Part shown: in pieces, positions 10,358 through 18,490 of the stretch | Layout: the number at the start of each line of letters is the position of its first letter | Position numbering within the stretch: position 1 is the stretch's first letter | Source: an uncultured Candidatus Saccharibacteria bacterium | GTDB taxonomy: Bacteria; Patescibacteriota; Minisyncoccia; Phycocordibacterales; PALSA-1337 | Assembly (NCBI GenBank): GCA_964495685.1 | Contig: CAZBVQ010000001.1 | Coordinates: forward strand, 297,521 to 361,520 | Direction of reading: 5' to 3' | Length of the DNA stretch: 64,000 nt | Notes under the pieces: generated by a model | What the model was told of the DNA's origin: nothing | Databases searched by the model: none | The model's input: the letters and a program-made list of their open reading frames with translations, nothing else | Program-made: the position numbers and the translations under genes

Positions 10358-10560
10358 CTAATCAGCCCTTGTTTTCGGAGAAGCTCTAGAGCATCCACAG
10401 CTTTGTCCTCCTCTACGTATACACTGGCGGATATATTGGATCGACCACGGGCACTGATGTTCGGAGAATACGAGGCTGGAATGTTGTTGTTCTCCAGAAA
10501 ACCTTTTATGATTGCTGCACTCATTTCATGTGGAGTTGTTGCTATTTGTATTTTACTCAT
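10354..10560 (-). CDS. DUF2007-like small protein (putative signal-transducing fold)
   Basis: Trimmed to internal Met to avoid overlap with tRNA-Leu; MSKIQIATTPHEMSAAIIKGFLENNNIPAS... matches the DUF2007 pattern; 68 aa. Confidence 0.5.
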   Translation of the reverse strand: MSKIQIATTPHEMSAAIIKGFLENNNIPASYSPNISARGRSNISASVYVEEDKAVDALELLRKQGLIS

Positions 10561-10583
10561 ACGGTTACTGCATTTAATTTCTG

Positions 10584-10667
10584 TGCCCGGGGTGGGAATC
10601 GAACCCACAAGACCTTGCGGTCGACAAATTTTAAGTCTGTTGCGTCTACCAATTTCGCCACCCGGGC
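10584..10667 (-). tRNA. tRNA-Leu (anticodon TAA)
   Basis: 84 nt class II tRNA: acceptor GCCCGGG, D-arm GTGGCGAAATTGGTAGACGC, anticodon loop CTTAAAA, long variable arm, T-loop GGTTCGATTCC. Confidence 0.9.
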
Positions 10668-10677
10668 GGATGGATTG

Positions 10678-10749
10678 AGGCCACGGGGAGAATCGAACTC
10701 CCGTATAGCTCTTTTGCAGAGAGCCGAATTACCACTTTTCTACGTGGCC
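10678..10749 (-). tRNA. tRNA-Cys (anticodon GCA)
   Basis: 72 nt; acceptor GGCCACG/CGTGGCC, anticodon stem GCTCT/AGAGC with loop CTGCAAA, T-loop GTTCGATTC. Confidence 0.9.
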
Positions 10750-10760
10750 GTATGCCAATC

Positions 10761-11084
10761 CTACACGTTTTTTGATAACTCGTCTATGCGCTGACGATTC
10801 TTTTCGCCGACGTCTATGGCTACTTCAAAGAAGGGGACGTGACCGATTCGTGATTTTTCCATGACATACTGGCGGAATGCGGTCAGTTGTCTGTGTGCGA
10901 AATCCATAACTGCCGGCTCCTGTGTTTCGGGCATGACAGTCATCAGAATGCGGGCCCTTGAGCCCTTGTTGAAAACCTCAACATCAGTGACAGTAATCAA
11001 GGATTGACGATTTGACTCGCGTGAAAAATACTCAGCGGCTAGCTCTCGGAGGATTTCTTTGAGTTTGTTGTCTTTTTGGTTCAT
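10761..11084 (-). CDS. rbfA: ribosome-binding factor A
   Basis: 107 aa; RbfA pattern (RELAAEYFSRE...LITVTDVEV...); position downstream of infB as in the conserved infB-rbfA arrangement. Confidence 0.85.
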   Translation of the reverse strand: MNQKDNKLKEILRELAAEYFSRESNRQSLITVTDVEVFNKGSRARILMTVMPETQEPAVMDFAHRQLTAFRQYVMEKSRIGHVPFFEVAIDVGEKNRQRIDELSKNV

Positions 11085-11115
11085 TTGAATTTGGGATTTG
11101 TCTAGGATTTAGAGT

Positions 11116-12777
11116 TTAGTTTTTCTCAACAGTTCTTACCGCTTCGATACGATCGCCTGGCGCCAGTTCGAATTTGGCTTCGAGCATCATGCCAAACTCA
11201 AATCCTTCACGTACTTCATCAACCGTTTTTTTGGCCTGCTGGAGTCCGCGGATCTTGCCACGACCAATTTCAGCCTCACGGCGCATGATACGAACTTCGT
11301 TGCCACTTTCGATGGCACCACTTTCGACTTTGCCCCCGAGGACCTGCTTATCTTTTTCCTTTGAGAAAAGGGCTAGAATCTTGGCGCGCCCTGTCATTTC
11401 TTCGACATATTCCTTGGGCACCTTTGCCAGGAGCTCATTTTTGACGAACTCAGTCAATTCATAAATAATGTTGAAGTTGTGAACTTTGAGGGGAATAGGG
11501 GATCGTTCAACGATCGCGGAAGCTTTTTTCTCTGCGGGTGCATTGAATCCAATCACATAAATACTTGGGTCACCAATGGCTACCTTAATGTCATTTTCAT
11601 TGATGTCGCCGATACCTTCGGAGACAATCTTGAGCTGCACTTTGTCGTGAGTAATCTTGCGCAATTCATGCTTGATACCATCGAGACTGCCGATGACGTC
11701 AGCTTTGATGATGATTGGCATGCTGACGACCTGAGGAGCATCTTCAGTATCTGTGGATGATTGTACGGGGTGGCGTGCGGGAGCATTGCGTGCAAGTTCC
11801 TTGAATTCAGCACGATGTTTGTCTGCCAGTTTTTCCGCCTCTTTCTTGCTGGTAGTTGTTGTAAATTCGATACCACAGGCCGGCACCTCATTCCAGCCAA
11901 GAATACGTATCGGCATTGAAGCGGTGGCTGTCTCAATCTTGTCACCCTTGAAGTTCTCGATGAAACGGACTGGCGTGAAGCTTGTCCCTGCTACGACGAA
12001 TGAGCCGACTGATACGGTGCCATCCTTGATGAGGAGGGTGGCAGAAATTCCTTTGCGTGTGTCGAGGGCAGTCTCGATGATGGCACCAGTAGCCGTGGCG
12101 GAAGTGTCGGTTTTGAGGTCCGCAAGCTCGGCGACCAACATGACCATGTCGAGCAATTCGGGTACGCCTTCACCGCTGACGGAAGAAATCGAGACACAAG
12201 GAACATCGCCGCCCCAGCCCTCGACATATATCTCGTGTTCACCGAGACTTTGCTTGGTACGCTCGACGTTGGCGTTCGGCTTGTCGATCTTGGTAATAGC
12301 GACCACGAAAGGAATCTTGGAATTCTTGATGACGTTGTAGGCTTCGATGGTTTGTGGTTTGACGCCGTCCTCGGCAGAAACTATCAATATGGCAATGTCG
12401 GCCACCTGTGCGCTGCGTTCGCGGATACCACAAAATGCGGCGTGACCGGGTGTGTCGAGAAAGGTGAGAGCAGTCTTTGTGCCTTCGGCTGAGACGTGCT
12501 CGACTTGGTAAGCACCCATGTGCTGAGTAATGCCACCCGCCTCACCGGCGACTACGTTGGCTTTGCGGATGTAATCGAGCAGGGTAGATTTGCCATGGTC
12601 AATATGACCCATCACGGCAATGACAGGGGGGCGCACCATCAGATTGTGCTGAGTCTTTGTGGGCATATGAGTTCGAGCGCTCAGTGTAGCAGAAAAAAGG
12701 GTGGTTGACAATGAGAGTTTCATTGTGGTCATATTTCGTTCTTTTTGAACACGATACGCAGAAGTATCAGAGAACAC
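11116..12777 (-). CDS. infB: translation initiation factor IF-2 (short form)
   Basis: G-domain motifs VIAVMGHIDHGKSTLLD, DTPGH, TKIDK; no long N-terminal region; true start ambiguous (ATG candidates at 12777, 12732, 12666, none with a clear SD). Confidence 0.9.
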   Translation of the reverse strand: MFSDTSAYRVQKERNMTTMKLSLSTTLFSATLSARTHMPTKTQHNLMVRPPVIAVMGHIDHGKSTLLDYIRKANVVAGEAGGITQHMGAYQVEHVSAEGTKTALTFLDTPGHAAFCGIRERSAQVADIAILIVSAEDGVKPQTIEAYNVIKNSKIPFVVAITKIDKPNANVERTKQSLGEHEIYVEGWGGDVPCVSISSVSGEGVPELLDMVMLVAELADLKTDTSATATGAIIETALDTRKGISATLLIKDGTVSVGSFVVAGTSFTPVRFIENFKGDKIETATASMPIRILGWNEVPACGIEFTTTTSKKEAEKLADKHRAEFKELARNAPARHPVQSSTDTEDAPQVVSMPIIIKADVIGSLDGIKHELRKITHDKVQLKIVSEGIGDINENDIKVAIGDPSIYVIGFNAPAEKKASAIVERSPIPLKVHNFNIIYELTEFVKNELLAKVPKEYVEEMTGRAKILALFSKEKDKQVLGGKVESGAIESGNEVRIMRREAEIGRGKIRGLQQAKKTVDEVREGFEFGMMLEAKFELAPGDRIEAVRTVEKN

Positions 12778-12806
12778 GGTTAGGTGCTATAATCAGCCCG
12801 CATCAT

Positions 12807-13508
12807 ATGAAATTCTATACCATCGCGCCGCTTATTCTTCAGAAATGCATTTGGATTCCCTGCAGGATTGTGTTCACTCTTTTCGGTCATCTCGAAGTGC
12901 GTGGTCTTGAGAATCTGAAAGGGATAAAAAGCAATGTTATTTTTGCCACAAATCACGCGAGCGAGCTTGATCCGTTTCTAGTGCCCACATCATTGCCTTT
13001 TTTTTCACGATTTTCACCCCTGTTTTATATCACCCGAGAAAAATCATTTTATGATGGCAATGGGTGGCGTCAGCACCTGTTCGGCGGTCTCTTCATAAAT
13101 GCGTGGGGTGGCTATAGTGCTCGCACAGGTCTCCATGATTATCATCGTTCCTTGGTCGAGCATGAACAAATACTGCGTGACGGTGAAAGTTTTTGTGTCT
13201 TCCCTGAAGGTCGTCGTACGCCTGATGGCACATTACAGCCAGGTAAAGGGGGTATTACATTTTTGGCAGAACAGGGGAGGGTGCCGATCATTCCTGTGGG
13301 TTTTTCGGGGACGTATCATTCTCCGGCAAAAGATTTTTTTAGAGGACGAAAACATATTACAGTGACGTTCGGGGTTCCTATATACCAAGAAGAGTTGAAA
13401 CGGCTAGTCCCTCGGGCCACAGTTCCAGGCACCAATGTTTACAAAGAGGAGTCTGCTTATGTGATGAAAAAAATTGCTGAGATATTGGATGTTCAGTCCT
13501 CGGCTTAG
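12807..13508 (+). CDS. plsC: 1-acyl-sn-glycerol-3-phosphate acyltransferase family protein
   Basis: Acyltransferase motifs NHASELD and FPEGRRTPDG; start moved to internal ATG 12807 (TATAAT just upstream). Confidence 0.8.
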   Translation: MKFYTIAPLILQKCIWIPCRIVFTLFGHLEVRGLENLKGIKSNVIFATNHASELDPFLVPTSLPFFSRFSPLFYITREKSFYDGNGWRQHLFGGLFINAWGGYSARTGLHDYHRSLVEHEQILRDGESFCVFPEGRRTPDGTLQPGKGGITFLAEQGRVPIIPVGFSGTYHSPAKDFFRGRKHITVTFGVPIYQEELKRLVPRATVPGTNVYKEESAYVMKKIAEILDVQSSA

Positions 13509-13538
13509 CATAGTCGGACAGTGGCAAGCTCGTTACTA

Positions 13539-14441
13539 TTAGAGGGTATCTTTCGTATACATACGTGCCAACTCTTGGTTCAAGGAAGCCATCTTTTCTC
13601 TCTGGTGCATCTCATGAATGGCGCTACGAATAAGGGTTACCCCGAATACGACAGTGATAATCAAGAATCCGGCTCCAGTAAGGACTTCACGTGGGGTAGA
13701 GGATAATAAGATGCGGATGAGGATGGTGAGCCAGAGGGCGAATATGACAAGCTCGATAGTGAGAATGCGGATATTGAACAGGTGATGTTTCGTTATTGTA
13801 TACGTAATAAATACTAGGAATATGAGAAAACCCAAACTGTCTAACATTCCAGGAACTGGTATGGAGAAAAATGGAATTACAAAAGTCGTTAGGCCTGAAG
13901 CTATCAATGCTACTACAGTGCCCATTAAGATATATTTAAGTTGCGTCTTTTTAATTACGTTGTTTGCATTTTTTTGTCCCATGTAAAGATCTCTGATAAT
14001 CATTATTGCGTAGACTAAATAAAATATCGAATAAACGTATAAGCCGAGGGCAATATTATCGGTGGTTATATTTATGTCATAGACAGGAATAAATAATTTC
14101 ATCATGAATCCCTCTTTGAAACATAAAATCGCAAACACTAATCCGGTAGAGTAAATGGCGGTAGATTTTTTCCATGTTAACTTTTGGCCTACCAGCGTTT
14201 TTGTCCACACTAGCCCTGTTGATATTATGATCGCACCAAATGCGTACGAGGATATAAACCAGTATGCCGAATGCAGGATATGGGACATGAGTTCGGCGAA
14301 TGTCCACATTGCCGCCAAGATACTTAATAACGAAAATAATCGGCCGGTTAGGTCTTTCCTGTTTTGGGACAAAACAAAAACGCTTATTAACGTGTCACAA
14401 AAAATTATGATAACTAATAGGATGTTTATTAATTGTGTCAT
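13539..14441 (-). CDS. multi-TM membrane protein resembling the sensor module of the histidine kinase at 15864
   Basis: 300 aa, about 7 TM helices, ending LIRSAIHEMHQREKMASLNQELARMY, similar to LIRSVLKEVETREKIELLATDLQKA at the TM/HisKA junction of the downstream kinase; no kinase domain. Confidence 0.55.
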   Translation of the reverse strand: MTQLINILLVIIIFCDTLISVFVLSQNRKDLTGRLFSLLSILAAMWTFAELMSHILHSAYWFISSYAFGAIIISTGLVWTKTLVGQKLTWKKSTAIYSTGLVFAILCFKEGFMMKLFIPVYDINITTDNIALGLYVYSIFYLVYAIMIIRDLYMGQKNANNVIKKTQLKYILMGTVVALIASGLTTFVIPFFSIPVPGMLDSLGFLIFLVFITYTITKHHLFNIRILTIELVIFALWLTILIRILLSSTPREVLTGAGFLIITVVFGVTLIRSAIHEMHQREKMASLNQELARMYTKDTL

Positions 14442-14490
14442 AGGCGTGTGTGTGGATAAGGATACTTCTTTTGGTATATAATGTACACAT

Positions 14491-14883
14491 ATGATGCACT
14501 TCGGAGAACATTTAATGATTGATGGTTACGAAGCATCTTGCGGGTCTCTCGATAATCGGACGCTTGTTTTTGAGGTGCTCGATAAGTTGCCGGAAGAAAT
14601 GGGAATGAAGAAACTCTCTCCGCCCCAGGTTTTTTGGGCACCAGCAATAAGTAAAAAAGATTCTGGTGGATGGAGTGGTTTTGTGGTGATTCAAGAAAGC
14701 CACATAAGTATTCACACGTTTCCTCGACGTGGTTTCATTAGTGCAGACATATATACTTGTCAGAATAATATGGATACAGAAAAGGTTCAGAAATATCTCC
14801 GGAAAGCGTTCAGTATTAAGGATATGGAAATTAATTTCGTCAAACGGGGGACGAAATATCCAGAAAAAGACCTATATTCATAG
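14491..14883 (+). CDS. speH: S-adenosylmethionine decarboxylase proenzyme (class 1B, pyruvoyl-dependent)
   Basis: ESHISIHTFP self-cleavage/pyruvoyl serine motif and ADIYTC motif; 130 aa. Confidence 0.85.
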   Translation: MMHFGEHLMIDGYEASCGSLDNRTLVFEVLDKLPEEMGMKKLSPPQVFWAPAISKKDSGGWSGFVVIQESHISIHTFPRRGFISADIYTCQNNMDTEKVQKYLRKAFSIKDMEINFVKRGTKYPEKDLYS

Positions 14884-14917
14884 TGGGTAATATACTAAAG
14901 ATAATGGGGGTGGTACA

Positions 14918-15862
14918 ATGGGTCCTATAAAGATCATCTCGATGGACCAATTTTTTTTAGCTATACATGATATCAGTGATAAGTTAGCGCAAACTTATAA
15001 TTTAGATGTCGGGGCCTTCTTTTGGATTTACGTTACTTCAATTGGACCAATTTATGTCGGTGTTTTTCTTATACTTCGTGGGAGCACGCGTAAACTAACT
15101 TGGCGGGATATCTTTAAGTTTCAGTTAGGAGATGGTTTTCAGTTTACAAATCAGACCTGGTTAGGGCTTGCTATTCATGTGTTTGGATGGCTCATGCCCT
15201 ACCTTTACATATTTGTGTACGGTAAGAATCTTCCTGCGTGGTCATATGTTGTCGTTATTATAATTGTAGGGATCTCATTCTTGACCTTGATTAAGAAGAT
15301 GAATCATCGTAAGAAAAAAGTTATTACACAAGGATTAGATATAGTGAAGATGACGATGATCAATGATTCAGTAAAGGGCGACATTCTTTGGGAGATATAT
15401 GATAAGACCTTTGAACCTGTCAATGAGATTAGTCCTTGTAGGCAGAGTCTTGACAGGGATCACTTTTTCGAGATTTTGACCAATTTGACTGTTACTAAGT
15501 ATCTTTTAATAAAAGAAGGCGTTGGTATTATCGGACTTGCATTAATCACTAACGATCTCAAGAATACTCAGTGGATTAGTCCTGATTATTTCCGTGTAAA
15601 TTTTCCTAGTGAATATCAAAAGAATCTGGTCTATTATTTCATGGGTATTGCTATAAAAAATGAATTTAGAGGAAATAGGTATTCTATTTTGCTTATAGAA
15701 CGAGTTATTGACGATTTGCCCAAGGAAGCCATTATGGGTTTTGATCACTCCAAAAATATTAATCCAATGCTTCATCACTTTACGCAAATAGTCCGTCAAG
15801 CACAAGAGATCAAAAGGAAGCACATTGATCGGCAACATTACCATATTGTTTCTCGAAAATAA
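14918..15862 (+). CDS. hypothetical membrane protein
   Basis: 314 aa, about 3-4 N-terminal TM helices plus soluble C-terminal domain of unknown function; AT-rich. Confidence 0.5.
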   Translation: MGPIKIISMDQFFLAIHDISDKLAQTYNLDVGAFFWIYVTSIGPIYVGVFLILRGSTRKLTWRDIFKFQLGDGFQFTNQTWLGLAIHVFGWLMPYLYIFVYGKNLPAWSYVVVIIIVGISFLTLIKKMNHRKKKVITQGLDIVKMTMINDSVKGDILWEIYDKTFEPVNEISPCRQSLDRDHFFEILTNLTVTKYLLIKEGVGIIGLALITNDLKNTQWISPDYFRVNFPSEYQKNLVYYFMGIAIKNEFRGNRYSILLIERVIDDLPKEAIMGFDHSKNINPMLHHFTQIVRQAQEIKRKHIDRQHYHIVSRK

Positions 15863-15863
15863 C

Positions 15864-17486
15864 ATGTTGTTCAGTAATATTTTTTCAGTTACAACTCTGA
15901 CGCTAAGTTTTTTGTTAGGGTTTTACGTGTACTTAAATGATAGTAAAAATAGAATTAATCAATCATTCATTTTTCTAACTTTTGGAGCAATGATGTGGAT
16001 ATTTGCTAATCTGATGACGGATATTTCTAATGACCTTGCGTTTGTGGATCTGTGGAGCAAGGTTACCATGATAGGCCCTATATTCTTTTCGTACTTCTTC
16101 TATAGACTTTCACTATATTTTCCGAAAGAAAAGATACAAATAAAAAAGAAGCAGCATGAACTCGTTCTTACAATTTTGACGGCGATATTTCTTGTCCTTA
16201 TTCCAACTCGTCTCAATATAAGGAATGTCTATATTGGAGGGAATGGTTTTCCTGAAATTGTAGCCGGGCCTTTGTATATATTTGCCCTGGCTTTTTTTCT
16301 GTATCTAATCATCACGGCACTCAGAAATATTTTTTCTGGCTACAAAAACTTTGACTCGCTCCAACGTCGTCAGGTTCAATATATATCGTTCGGATTGGGA
16401 TTTTTCGTCTTTTTGGGTTCAATGACGAATGCAGTTTTACCCGTCCTAGGAAATTCTCAATTAGTTAATTTTGGACCATATTCTATAATTATATTTATTA
16501 TTTTTACTTCCTACGCGATCATAAGGTTCAAGATGTTTGATATCAAAGTCGTTGTCACGCAATTACTAGTCTATACTTTGTGGATATTTGTTCTAATAAG
16601 AGTTTTGTTGAGTGAAACGGCTCAGGACGGATATACGAATGGGGTCCTTCTCGTCCTCTTAGTCATCACCGGCATCTTCCTTATCCGATCAGTCCTTAAG
16701 GAAGTGGAAACTCGCGAAAAAATCGAACTTCTCGCCACTGACCTCCAGAAAGCCAATGACCGACTCACTGAGCTCGATCGTCAGAAGTCGGAGTTCGTGT
16801 CGTTCGCTACTCATCAGCTCCGTGCACCACTGACCGCTATGAAGGGCTACGCCTCTCTCATTCTCGAAGGGGATATGGGTCAAGTCGCTCCTCAAGCCAA
16901 GGATGCCGTCGGCAGAATATTCGAATCCACCAACACACTGACCAATATCGTTGATGATTACTTGAATGTCACACGCATCGAATTGGGCACCATGAAATAC
17001 GCTTTCGAGACCATGGATTTGAAGACACTTATCGAAGATGTTATCGCCGAACTCAAACCGAATATCGACAAGGCGACAGGTGTCAAATTCATATTTGGTG
17101 CTGAAGATATACATGGAGATTATCGTATCACTGCTGATCGCGACAAACTCAAGCAGGTGATCGCTAATCTCATCGATAACTCAATCAAATATACTCCGAA
17201 GGGATCTGTCGGTGTTTCACTGTCGTTCAATCGCAGCAAGCACAAGTTCATCTTCATGCTCAAGGATACAGGCATCGGTATTGCGCCAGAAACATTGCCG
17301 CATCTGTTCAACAAGTTTACTCGTGCAGGCAACGCAAACAAGACCAATATCAAAGGTACCGGTCTTGGCCTATTCGTGGCAAAAGAAATTATTACGGCAC
17401 ACCATGGTGTTATTCGTGCCGAATCAGAAGGGGAAGGGAAGGGTTCGACATTTATTGTGGAGTTGGAGCCATTTGCGAAAGTATAG
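15864..17486 (+). CDS. sensor histidine kinase (multi-TM sensor, HisKA, HATPase_c)
   Basis: About 7 TM helices, H-box SEFVSFATHQLRAPLTAMKGY, N/G boxes (LIDNSIKYT, DTGIGI, GTGLGLFVAKEI); start at ATG 15864 directly after the upstream stop; no adjacent response regulator. Confidence 0.9.
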   Translation: MLFSNIFSVTTLTLSFLLGFYVYLNDSKNRINQSFIFLTFGAMMWIFANLMTDISNDLAFVDLWSKVTMIGPIFFSYFFYRLSLYFPKEKIQIKKKQHELVLTILTAIFLVLIPTRLNIRNVYIGGNGFPEIVAGPLYIFALAFFLYLIITALRNIFSGYKNFDSLQRRQVQYISFGLGFFVFLGSMTNAVLPVLGNSQLVNFGPYSIIIFIIFTSYAIIRFKMFDIKVVVTQLLVYTLWIFVLIRVLLSETAQDGYTNGVLLVLLVITGIFLIRSVLKEVETREKIELLATDLQKANDRLTELDRQKSEFVSFATHQLRAPLTAMKGYASLILEGDMGQVAPQAKDAVGRIFESTNTLTNIVDDYLNVTRIELGTMKYAFETMDLKTLIEDVIAELKPNIDKATGVKFIFGAEDIHGDYRITADRDKLKQVIANLIDNSIKYTPKGSVGVSLSFNRSKHKFIFMLKDTGIGIAPETLPHLFNKFTRAGNANKTNIKGTGLGLFVAKEIITAHHGVIRAESEGEGKGSTFIVELEPFAKV

Positions 17487-17492
17487 CTACAT

Positions 17493-17509
17493 TCTAGGCC
17501 GGGCCTAGA
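17493..17509. repeat. 17-bp palindrome TCTAGGCCGGGCCTAGA
   Basis: Perfect palindrome 7 nt after the histidine kinase stop codon. Confidence 0.8.
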
Positions 17510-17510
17510 A

Positions 17511-17555
17511 TAAAAAGCGGAGTGGTCACCTCGAGGGTGTCCACTCCATTGCTTT
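17511..17555. terminator. bidirectional terminator
   Basis: GGAGTGG-TCACCTCGAGGGTGT-CCACTCC hairpin; minus-strand reading is followed by GCTTTTTATT, plus-strand reading by ATTGCTTT. Confidence 0.65.
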
Positions 17556-17568
17556 GGTGATCTGGATG

Positions 17569-17841
17569 CTAGAGATCACTATCGGGAAGGCCGCCTGCCC
17601 ATGCGGGACGATCTCTCCAAGTCTTCTTCCGCGGCTGAGATCTCGGTATCTCAGACACAGGCGGAAGCTTCTTGAAGTTCAGCCTCATCTGGAACCCAAC
17701 GTGGTTGCCAGGAGTACCTACGGGAATACTGACTCGTTGCCCCGTGGTAACTTCGGTGGGCTGTACATCCGAAGAGGGCTCCTTACCGTTGAGAGATGCG
17801 TATATTCTAGCGAATGACGCAAGTCCTTTTTCGAGAGTCAT
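17569..17841 (-). CDS. unknown small protein (90 aa) with complete expression signals
   Basis: ATG preceded by GGAGG at 5-nt spacing; upstream TTGACT-N17-TGaTATAAT promoter (17899-17927); bidirectional terminator immediately after stop; product MTLEKGLASFARIYASLNGKEP... matches no family I recognise. Confidence 0.5.
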   Translation of the reverse strand: MTLEKGLASFARIYASLNGKEPSSDVQPTEVTTGQRVSIPVGTPGNHVGFQMRLNFKKLPPVSEIPRSQPRKKTWRDRPAWAGGLPDSDL

Positions 17842-17898
17842 TTGTTCCTCCGGCTGTAATGTGCCATGTCCACCTCGGACTACGCACGTTCGAATATC

Positions 17899-17927
17899 AT
17901 TATATCACCTAAAATAGAGAAAGTCAA
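17899..17927 (-). promoter_or_regulatory. sigma70-type promoter (TTGACT-N17-TATAAT with TG extension)
   Basis: Minus-strand reading TTGACTttctctattttaggTGaTATAAT about 55 nt upstream of the ATG at 17841. Confidence 0.6.
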
Positions 17928-17952
17928 TGCGTCGCAGTCAAACATACAAAAA

Positions 17953-17982
17953 ATGGCCCAAATGCGACCCATTTTGGGTGCC
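17953..17982 (-). terminator. rho-independent terminator of the GatB/YqeY gene
   Basis: CCCAAA-N-TTTGGG hairpin followed on the minus strand by CCATTTTTT. Confidence 0.6.
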
Positions 17983-18012
17983 TGTGGATAACTTTTTATG
18001 GGGGCAGGGGAG

Positions 18013-18474
18013 TTAGGCTTTGAGTTCTTCCTCTATGACCGCTTTGACATCGGCACCATCGGCCTTGCCGGCCAATTCTTTCATAATTACTCCCGTCAGT
18101 TTGCCGCCAGCTTTGGGGTCGAATGTGCCAGCCGACCTCAGCGCCTCGAATCGTGCACGGACGACAGTGCGTATCTCTTCCCTAGCCATCATAGTCGGCA
18201 GGAATGAGTTGAGGATGACGAGCTCGGCTTTCTCCTTGTCAGCAAGATCGGCTCGACCTCCCTTTTCGAATTGTTCGATCGAGTCCTTGCGTTGTTTGGC
18301 ACTGCGCTTGATCAGAGCGAGGACCTTCTCGTCTGGTAGGACTTCCCCAGTGAATCCGCTCGCGATGATCTCATTGGTACAGAGTGCATTGAGACCACGA
18401 AGCACTTCGAGGCGTAATGTATCCTTGGCGCGTAGAGCGTCCTTGATGCCGTCTTTGATGGTGGTATGTAACAT
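18013..18474 (-). CDS. GatB/YqeY domain-containing protein
   Basis: 153 aa; YqeY pattern (IKDALRAKD..RL..LR..NA...) across the full length. Confidence 0.85.
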   Translation of the reverse strand: MLHTTIKDGIKDALRAKDTLRLEVLRGLNALCTNEIIASGFTGEVLPDEKVLALIKRSAKQRKDSIEQFEKGGRADLADKEKAELVILNSFLPTMMAREEIRTVVRARFEALRSAGTFDPKAGGKLTGVIMKELAGKADGADVKAVIEEELKA

Positions 18475-18490
18475 GGTGATGGGGAGATGA

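Noticed and set aside
10354-10608. Full-length 84-aa version of the DUF2007-like ORF
   Set aside because: Its first 16 codons overlap tRNA-Leu (10584-10667); trimmed to the internal Met at 10560
12705-12806. First 34 codons of the plsC-like ORF
   Set aside because: They overlap the infB N-terminal region on the opposite strand and include a TATAAT box; the internal ATG at 12807 gives a protein starting in the conserved acyltransferase region
17554-17917. Plus-strand ORFs 17554-17817 and 17672-17917
   Set aside because: No RBS or promoter; the minus-strand ORF 17569-17841, with promoter, SD and terminator, explains the region better
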